In this document: positions 54,291-64,000 of the stretch, piece by piece
How the letters are laid out: each line of letters begins with the position of its first letter
Numbering within the stretch: position 1 is the stretch's first letter
Assembly: GCA_951406725.2 (NCBI GenBank)
Contig: OX597833.1
Coordinates: forward strand, 40,610,001-40,674,000
Direction of reading: 5' to 3'
DNA length: 64,000 nt
From: Octopus vulgaris
Taxonomy: Eukaryota
The notes under the pieces: model-generated
What the model saw: only the letters and a program-made list of their open reading frames with translations
Database searches by the model: none
Told to the model about the DNA's origin: nothing
Position numbers and translations under genes: made by a program

Positions 54291-57200
54291 TAGCGCTCAA
54301 GACAAAGATATTGATTTCCTATTTTCGACCAGGATTTTACAAACACAAAATATAGTCAACAAGATTCGTGAGAACCTGAAAATATTCCAGACATATGATA
54401 GAATCATAGAACAGTGTTTTAGGCGGTGGATTGGCAGAATAGTCAGAACGTTGGATTGAATACTTCGCGGTATTTGTTCCAACTCTGCGATTTGAGTCCA
54501 AATCCTACTTTCGGAATAAAAAAAATACCAATCTAGGGCGGCAGATTGATCGAACTGGTAAACAATCGGGCGATATTTGTTCAGCTTTTTTGTTTTCTGA
54601 CAGCAAAATAAGCAATGATACTGATGTTAAACTATATCGGCCCAAGTCAGCAGCTTGTATCTTGTGTGTGTGTGAATATTGTCGCCGTTTGTGTCTTCAC
54701 CGAAAAATGTCTCATAACTATCTCCCTCCAAAAACACATTTGTTTTTTTCTGAAAGGCAAAATTTATGACAGGGGAGAACTGTAGCAGATTAGCTTTGTT
54801 ATTATTCTGCTTTGTAATGGTAGAATCACCATTTTCCTTCTTGTTTGGGAAGGTGTTGTCTCTGTTACGTGACACCATTGTGAATGAAGTCGAACAAAAC
54901 TGGAGAAAAGTCGTAGCTTTCTACTCTGTATCATTTATCTCACACTCTTTGTCTCGGTGCCTTTTACTGGACACAATTCTAGTAAACTTAGATAAACACT
55001 TGTAGTGTGAAGAGAGGAGACATGTATGCATAGGTAACTACTAGTTTTCTGCAAAAAATCTTGCCTAGGACCACTAGCGTAGAGTGTGTGCCACCCGGGG
55101 CGGACCGCCACACTAGCTACGTTAGGGCTGTGTACACACATGCAGATTTGTGGCCAACTTCGATCGGCGGAGATCCTAATGTTGAGGCAGCGAATATGGC
55201 TAAAGCCGTTAGAGCATTGGATAAAATGTCTTGTAGTATTTCTGCCAGCTCTCTGTGCTCTTTGTTCAAATCCCGCCAAGGTTAAATAATGCCGTTTATC
55301 CTTTAGAGATCGATAAATAAAGAGTAAAGCATCAGTTAAGGGTAGTGGATATGTGGAATTATTTGAGCGCCTGACAGATCACCTTGCTGGTAATTTATTA
55401 ATCACTGAAGAATGAACGGTAGAGTGTTGGTCTATTTTAATTTCATTCACATTTACGATGTTTTATAAGAATATTAAATCGACTCCATTAATTGAATAAT
55501 ACTTTATTTTATAGGAAAAGTTTGGTTTGACAAGATTTGAAGTCAGAAGATGAAGTCGCAACTAACTGCTGCGAGACAGTTAATCCGTTGCTTTAACAGT
55601 ACTATCATCCCACCAATAATAGAATTATAACAGCAATAATTTATAATAATAATGTTTAATTTCTTGGAGTCTGGATCTTATTTTCATCTGTCTCCTGTTC
55701 ACCCACTATTCCTAGGAGGATCGTTGAGGTAGAATTCTCAGGCACCTCTTTCAGAACTAAAAAACAGGAAAAGTTGAACTAGGTTTCTAACAAGAGAATT
55801 ATAGGCTTCAATCAATTTCGTTGCAAAATATCAACTGTGAATTTGGCTATCACAATTGGCTACCTTTTCACTTAGTCTTCTAGAAATATTTTGGTGGAAC
55901 GGTAGAGAAAGTATAAAGAAAGAAAAAATAAACCAGTGCTTCAACCTCGTTAAAGAACGTTTCAATCTTCCAAAAAGTAGTTTGTAACATAGGCATGGGA
56001 TCAAAATGTATAGGAAAGGAGTGTAGACGATAATATAGACCCAAGTATTAAACTGGTACTTTATTTCATCAATCCCGCAAAGGATAAAATGTGTAGTCAA
56101 CCAGAAAACGTTAAAATGCAATGAAATACCAATAAATATTTTTTCATTCAATATCGATCCTCTTATCGTTTTATCGAACCGAAATATACTGAAGAATATT
56201 CAAAATTCTTCTAATACAAATCGACAGTTAGTAGAGAACAGATGTGAAGGCCCGAGTATCATCTCTCTCTTGCTGTTGGACGTTCCCAGCGTTTATTTCA
56301 TTCCATATAACGAATATTTGAACGGTAACGCTGTCTATGTTTGGTGGTGATTTGTGAACGAGGATCCATTTAACGGGGGGAAGTCAAAATGAGGGAAAAA
56401 TTTTACCCGACCAAAGTTTATCCTTCAAAATCATCTTATTTCTTACGTAAGAGTATTATTGGTGCCAAGGAAACTGGAAACTCTTGGGAAAAATGTATAC
56501 CAGTAAGATTTTTATTATTATCATTATTATTATCATTATTAAGAGGCTGATTGATGGTAGACGCGGTCAAGTGATGGATTAAACAGCTCGCTGTATTTAG
56601 TTCGAACTTAACCATTCGTCATTATGTCATAAAAAAATTTATCAGTTGATCTACAGATAAAATATCTTGCTGTATTTGGTTACATATTTTTATGCTCTGA
56701 GTTCCAATCCTACCAAAGTCGACTTCGTCTTTCGTCCTTCTGGAGTCGACAAAATAAAGTACCGGATATGTGTTGTCTTAATCAGCTGTTCCCTCCCCTA
56801 AAATTTTTGACTTTATGCCAATGTTAGAATTTATTACTATAAAGGCAACGTACCAGCAGAAACGATAGAGCGTCGGACAAAATAGCTTGCGGTATTTTCC
56901 GGCTCTTTACGTTCTGAGTTCAAATCCCGCTGATGTTGATTTCGACTGTTTCCTTTCCGGGGTCGATAAAATAAAGTACCAGCCAAGTACTGGAATCAAT
57001 ATAGTCATTTCCGGTTTGTGCCTATGTTAAAAATTGTTAACATTATGAAAGAAAGGTAGACTGGCAAGCTGTTTAAGTTCTGAGTTCAAATGCTGCTGTG
57101 GTCGATTTTGATTTTCATCCTTCCGGGGCTGTTAATATAAAGCTTTACTAAAGTATTGGGGTCGATATCATTGACTGTTCCTTGTCCGTAAAATTTCTGG

Positions 57201-57486
57201 CCTATGCAATTATAGAAATTATTGTTATCATTATTGCGCAGAATTGTGAAGAGGTAAGCGGGTTAACAGAGTAACAAACTGTTGAGTGAAGACCCGATGG
57301 TTCATTGCTTAACCCACTTAACTACAAATAAATGCGACGGGTATTGCTACATGCGTTATTAGGGAACATAGTTTAGCTAATGAACAAGGTGGGTTTCTGT
57401 GATCTAAAGATGATATACTAATGGGTTCTCACCTATGACACTGTGGACAGAATATGAGAATCTCGCAAGGAAATCGTATTGTTTAA

Positions 57487-57517
<31 letters not shown>

Positions 57518-58049
57518 GATTTTTCATCGCTCAGAGTGTCTTCCCAGCATCTACGGCAAAGAAACTCATTGTATACATTGATAGGCTATTAAAATAAACA
57601 CTCCAGATTGTTCATTTACAAAATCGAAGTTATTCTTTCATTGGTTTCAGCAAAAGGCGGGGGTCATGCTGGATCACCGCCTTTAAAGATAAGTTGCGTA
57701 GAAAAAAAATTATTTACATGAATGATCATCATTCTCGCAGCGACAAAGCCGGCAGAATCGTTAGCACTCCAGACAAAGTGCTTAGCGGCATTTCGTCGGT
57801 CTTTTCGTTCTGAGTTCAAGTTCCGCCGAGCAACGGAGTCGATGTAATCGACCAGCCACTCAAACAGCTGTTCTCAGGTCTTCACACTCGCGCTCGCGTA
57901 CACTCATACACATAGACATACAAAGCAACACCATATACTTACATATATACATGCATGTATCTAATCATACATAATGCATACGCGCATACACATGCTCACG
58001 CACGCACAAACACACACACACACATACATGCAAATGGACATACTTATAT

Positions 58050-58690
58050 TTTACTTTGCCTATGACAGCGTCGATCCAAGACATTCATCCTCCTCCCCTA
58101 GCACATTGTTTCTCATGGGAGCGGACGTGGCTGACAAGACTGATGCGAGATAGGTAGATCCCGAGGCCCTGAGGTCACTGAAAATGACCCCGAACAACAG
58201 TTGCAGGGAGCTGACGACGACGTCTCCTTCCTCTCTTCATGCAGTCTCCTGCGTTCGGTTTCCAGCATCACACACAGAATTACATGTCTTCTGATTAATA
58301 ACCAGGGGCTCCAGCGATTGGATGGGGGTGCATTTCATAAAATGAGAGATCACTTGAGATGATCATCATGAAAAAGAAGTTTTGGATTTCCATGTGGCCT
58401 ACTTGCAGTCTCGATATCGCTGAGGAGGATCATCTTAGAGAGACAGCTACCTGGCATCTGAATCACATGGCTAATCCAGCGGAGAAGACGACGAAAGATG
58501 CTGGCCTCAACGCTGTTGATCCCAGCCCTCGAAAGGATTTCGGTATGAAGTACCTTGTCCTTCCACGTGAGACTGAGGATACTTTGGAGCGATCTGAGAA
58601 GGAGCGTTTCCAATTGTCTGATTTTGCGCCGATAAAGTGTCCAGCACTCAGATCCGTACAGGAGGGTGGATACACAAACCTCTGGATAAG
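58050..58690 (-). mobile_element. RTE LINE 3' fragment
   Basis: STLLYGSECWTLYRRKIRQLE..LRSILSLTWKDKV..EILSRAG..RLLRWISHVIQM in ORF 58350..58751. Confidence 0.85.
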
Positions 58691-58809
58691 CAGAGATTTT
58701 TGTACTTACATATTTGCACGTACGCACGCACATAAACACACATATATACATATTAATTCATACCAAAAAAATATGCCTACATTTATACATATGCACATAC
58801 ATACATTCA

Positions 58810-61282
58810 CATTTTCTCCTGCTGTGTCAGTGGAGGTAGAGGCAGTGGGCAAACAAGTGGCGCACCAAGAGTGTGTGCCACCCCGGACTGCCCTTGAGTT
58901 TGCCGCTTCGTGCTTTGTAGCATCCATGGCATGCTGTTATGCTGTGTATGGAGTAATCCAAGTCAACTCTCTTGCCATCTTTTGCAACGTTTCAGTCCCG
59001 CTCTGCTGAAGCAAACTCTCACACATTCTTCGCACGTCAGCTCACTCTGCTCACTAACATTTCCTGGGAATATCATGTTCACACCTTTTCTAGAATTCCT
59101 TTTCGACTTATCTTCGGGCTATTTCGAAGTTCTCACTTCCGTCATATACTGCTTTACTCCATTTTGCAGGGCTAGTTGCAATTTTTTCCTGTTCCTTTTT
59201 CGAGATGTTAGCTTTCTTCAACGCTGTTTTTACGCAATTCTTGCACCTCAGCTTAGATCTATGAGGTGGACGCTTTCCATTCCTCAGCCCACTATGTAAG
59301 AGTTGCTTCGGAGTTCTGCAGTCTTCTATTCTCATTAAGTGACTCCCTTCAATGGCGTCGGTGCTGCAAAATGATTAACTCAGTACTTCAACAGTGACTT
59401 CTTTCAAAGACTTCGACATTACTCATGTACATTTTCCAACGCAGGCCCAAGATACGATGTAGACACTGCTGGTTGGAGCGCTCCAGCTATAACAGATGTT
59501 TTCAGTAAGTTACCGATGCCTCACAAGCGTACAACAAGGAGGTAACACACGTCGTATAAATTTTCATTTTAGTATCAATAGAGCTACCCTATTGAGACCA
59601 CAGACGTTTTCCCAACTTTTTGAAAGCATCACTGACTTTGCTGATTCTAAGCGTGATTTCATTGTCAAGGGTGATGCCAAGATACACAAACCTGTCCACA
59701 ACTTGAAGCTTCTAATTATACAAAAGGATATTTGGCTCCACGTATTGCACTCAGGCTGATATAAGACAACAGTTTCGGCAGGCCTAGCGAAGAACATGCA
59801 TTAGAGAAGGGGTTCATATGTCGCATGTCTTCTTGGGTGAGAGCAAAGAGATCATTGTCGTCTGCATAGACAAATTCTTTCAAGAATGAGGACATGACTT
59901 TTGAATCTGCCCTGAGGCATCTTATGTTGAAATGTTTCCCAGACGTACGAAACCTGACATATATTCCAGATAGGACACTCACTAAAAGTCATTTCAAATA
60001 CCATTGTAAAATACAGTAGAAACGATGTTGGCGCTGGAATATCGCCCTGTTTGACACCATTATTCATAGCAAGAGGATCAGATACATTCCGACGAGCTTC
60101 CTGTTGCTATGAAATTAACAAAGAATTGTCACAAGCTTCTTTGGACACCCGAGTTTCTTCAGTATCTTTCAAAGAGCTTCTCTGTTTACTGTGTCAAAAG
60201 ATCCATTATACCTCTTGAAGGATTTTATACAACAATTTGGAGTTTCTGGAATTGGAGGCAGACTGAATGCCATTAACCTTAGCAGTGGCAGACCCGGGGT
60301 GGGGGCTGAGGGCCACGTGCCTCACTCAAGAAAAGAAGTGCGCCCTTCTAAATAATTTTAGTATGCCCTTTTTTCCTGAAATTGTATTCCTTTCTGACCT
60401 TGTGTCCACTCTTCGAAAAATTCCTGGGACCGTGCCTGCTCAGTCCACAACCAAGATTATTGGAGAGTTTTCAGCCGTTGCTGAACATGAGATTTCAGAT
60501 ATCTGTGGCGGAATAGTCACCTTTGAGCAATATTGAAAGTGCTCACTTCTTTTCCAATAGTATCTTGTTGACCTGCTTGTCATTTTCAAAGACCCAATCA
60601 TGATGTTTGCATTTAGTAAAAAAAACAAAAAACCAGTCACGTCGGCTAAAACATTGTATACAGACTCCTTGAAGTCCCTCCAGTCAGTTTCATATTCCAA
60701 CATTTTTCTACATGCCGCACTTTGACTTCAGAATCTTTCAGGCAGTCAACAGCCGATCTCTTTGAAAGAGTAATACCATTACGTCTTACCTTTGGCTTTA
60801 CCATGAACTTAACTTTTGTTCTTACGAGCCTATGATCAGACCAGCACTCAGCTCCACGCATTGAACGAACAATGCGCATATTACAAGCGCTAGGCCGGCG
60901 GATAATAAAATAATCAATACAATGTCAGTTTCGAACCAGGATGCGCTGCATCCATGTTGTCTTATACATATCTTTCAGTTGGAACAATATTTCCAATACA
61001 AATGTCTAATTCAGCATACAATTACAGCAGAATCATCCCATTACCATTATATTTGCCAACACCGTGTTTCTCAAATCTCTTCTTCCTACTTACTCTTGCA
61101 TTAGAAGAATCAAGGACGTAAATTTTGTCAGCTTTAGGAATCTTCCAGACAAGTTCTTTTAGAGACATGTTGAAGGAAACCTTTTCACCTTCAGACAAGT
61201 TAGAGAATATGTACTAGTTGGTGTATACGTACTAACAAGTGTTACATAGCAGTCAATGATTATCGGAAGTTTCATGTACATA
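58810..61282 (-). pseudogene. Decayed RTE-clade LINE ORF (APE + RT), truncated by the hAT insertion
   Basis: TLVSTYTPT, MRGAECWSDHRLVR, NGVKQGDIPAPT, FVYADD and RIEDCRTPKQLL motifs occur in fragmented frames. A small CAGTGGC-terminated MITE is inserted at ~60282-60440. Confidence 0.85.
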
Positions 61283-64000
61283 CAGTGGCGTACCTAGCAC
61301 GAGAGCCGTCCGGGGCGGTTGTTTATTTGACCGCCACTTAAAATTTCTAAAAATATTTCAGAATTCCAAGAACGGAGTAATGCAGGTATATATGTATGCA
61401 AAATAAGAAGACAAACTGTAGCAACCATTTTCCCTCAAATTTACTTTTATTATATTTAGGAAATAATATGTTAAAAAAACAGAAGATGAGTGAATTACAA
61501 AAATAAACGATTTACGAATTGATTTTACGTGCCTTCCTCTTCGCAAAATCTTGAATGACTTCATTAAAATCAATTTTATCCGCAAGGTCGCGCTCTATGG
61601 ATAGCATTGTCAAATCAGGCAACCTTGTTTGACTTATTGTTGACTTGAGGTGGTTCTTGATGAGCTTCAGTTTAAAAAAAGGACCGTTCACAGCTAGCAA
61701 CACTAATGGCACGAGATAGGAAGACTCTTAAAAATATCACAATATTTGGCAATCAATCAATAAGATTATATTTCTAAAAAAACTGAAGAACTTGCAAAGG
61801 CCCTTCCATATCTTCAGCGTCAGCAGCGGCCAAATAATTTTGCAGTCTTGTCCTTTCAACCAGAAAGTCTTTACTCTTAACATTCTCATCAGAAGTATCT
61901 ACATCACAATTACGCTTTTTATCTAATAAATTGGACGGTGTGAGAAAGGCGAATTTCTTTGCAATATAATGAAGTCTTTCGAACCAAGAGGTTATTTCTT
62001 AAACCAGGCAATCTATCACTGTCAAAATTTCTCTTCTTAGCTCAGCGTCGTAACAGAGCGGCATCGATTCTTTCTTCGTAGCTCATTCTTTTCTTTTTGC
62101 GAATTCGACGCTCTGTGCTGATTCCCATATCAGAGTAAATTTCGGTTGAACAGACCGACGCGTCACCTACTGTTTTGTCTCTGCTTACAAGTTGAGACGT
62201 TTTCAAGGCTGATAGTTTAATGGCACATTGTTGCAACTTCAGACCTTTCGTTTGGAGGTACTTTTGAGTGTCATTAATTTCAGGAAGTATATCTCTCCAA
62301 AGGCCAAGAAATGACAAGAAAATAAAATGACCGCATCACCTGAAGAATTAAACCTGCATCAGAACTCGTAGTTGCGATTTCTCCATCTTCCATAAGCCGT
62401 TCTAGTGCAGCGATGATTTCCGTGAATTTTGTATGTACAACTTTCACTGCATCTGCTCGACAACTCCATCTTGTTTCCCCAGCCCGTTTGATAGTTAACC
62501 AGTTATCTCAATCAAGATATCCCATCGATGAGTTGAGGCTAAGAAGAATGAAAATAAACGGTCCAATGTGCCAAAGAACGTAACTGAATCTGCATCCACT
62601 GAAGCTGTATGCATAGCTGCAAAAATTCAGAGAGTGATTGATGCATGGCACAAATACAATCTTTGGATCAACTTCTGTGATGCGCGCTTGAACACCGGAT
62701 CGACGACCTGCCATTACTACCGCGTTATCCGCGCTTGTCCACGATAGTCTTGACTACTAATGTCGTCCATTTCTAATTGTTTCAGAATCATTAATATAAT
62801 TTGCTCAATAAAACGAAGAAAGGATTCTTCTACTTTTACTTCCTGTTCATCTATTTTAACATAACGTAGCACCTGGGGAATTTGGTCAATATGAGAAATA
62901 TCTGGGGTACTATCAAAAATAATGCAATAGTATTTACTCTGTTTCAGTTCATCGATAATTTTCTTTCTCACTTAATCTCCCAGGACGTTCACAAATTCAT
63001 TCTGAATTTTTGGTGAGAGACAGGAAGTTGTAAACTTAACAATTTTTACTTTAATCATGTAGTACTGGGTCGAATTTTCCAATCAGTTGAGCAAGTTCCA
63101 GAAAATTTCCTTTATTTTTATTTGCCTTCTCAACTTGAATGTCTTCTCTATGGCCTCGTAAAGCGAGTTTTTGCTTAGCAAGAAACATAATTATGTCCAA
63201 GAATCTAGTCAGGATTTGCTTCCATTTCTTTGTTTCATTTTCAACAAGAACTTGTTGCGCTTTGTCTATCACTTTGCCTTTGGAAAGGTGAATTTCTAAC
63301 TCTTTCTACTGAGTGAATGCATTCTCATGCGCAGGGTTAGATTTATGTTCTTGTATCTTAAGATTCAACTTCTACCAAGATTTGAAGCCATCAACTGAGC
63401 AAAACTTTGAGTTTTCACTTGAAAATAGCTTACAACAAAAACAAAACACGGATTCTTTCGATAGAGATTATATCATCCAAGTTCCCGTTTTGTAAAGTTC
63501 GAAAAAAACCTAGTTTCTTGATAGTCTGCTAATCTCCCCTTTCAGTTTTGTTATTTGTTCTGGACATGCAACTTATTTGAATTCACAGACAATATTTTTT
63601 GCACAGCCTTCGATCCTTGTACAAGAATTTCCCGAGTACCGTCACCGTGACTAAACTTAGCAGGCCACATCCCAATGTCTTTCAAATTAATATTAGAGTT
63701 TTGTTCTTCAGTAGTTTGTGGTGAATCAGCATCATCAACTTCATCTATCTTCTCTTCAAGTTGCATTTCATTAACATCATCTTCATGACCTACAGTAATA
63801 CCAGTTTCGTCTGGATGGTCGGGTCTGATGAGAAATTTAATTATGGCACCTTCATTTCACCTTTCTTCTCTCGTTTTTCTGTCTTTCCTTTTTTTGTTTT
63901 GTTTGAAATGCTGCACTGCTGTCCTTAATTCACTTCATCTCAAATTATATCAGTGATATCGAGAATTTATATGAATAAAACTAAATAGAGTATAGACCAA
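61283..64000 (-). pseudogene. hAT (Tip100/ZMYM1-like) DNA transposon with a disrupted transposase; its left end runs off the window
   Basis: Terminus CAGTGGCGTACCTAG at 61283. The motifs FLAKQKLALRGH, GNFLEL, DSTPDISH, FVPCINHSLN and LKLIKNHLKSTISQTRL..LSIE are broken by stops and frameshifts. Confidence 0.9.

Noticed and set aside
61500-63850. Domesticated ZMYM1-like host gene
   Set aside because: Multiple stops and frameshifts, a TIR-like end and insertion into an RTE indicate a dead transposon.

Overview
This is eukaryotic, AT-rich genomic DNA saturated with microsatellites and SINEs, most consistent with an octopus (coleoid cephalopod). That assignment is inferred from the repeat families. 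Almost all ORFs in the track are artefacts of repeats. One real gene is visible: the 5' part of a minus-strand kinesin-3 (KIF28P-like) gene. I assembled it by hand from five small GT-AG coding exons (14, 39, 77, 17 and 23 nt) spread over 31 kb, giving [57 protein letters not shown]; it continues past the left edge. The rest is transposable elements: at least four tRNA-derived SINE families, RTE, R4/Dong-like and CR1/L2-like LINE remnants, piggyBac-, hAT- and Kolobok-type MITEs, a non-autonomous Helitron, a non-coding LTR element with a tRNA-Trp PBS and a decayed hAT transposase. The most interesting signal is a set of small non-coding elements with Penelope-type minimal hammerhead-ribozyme motifs. 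It includes a tRNA-head SINE with a hammerhead in its tail and two 150-bp fold-backs whose symmetry axis sits on hammerhead helix II. CpG content rises sharply at the gene's 5' end (~35.6 kb).
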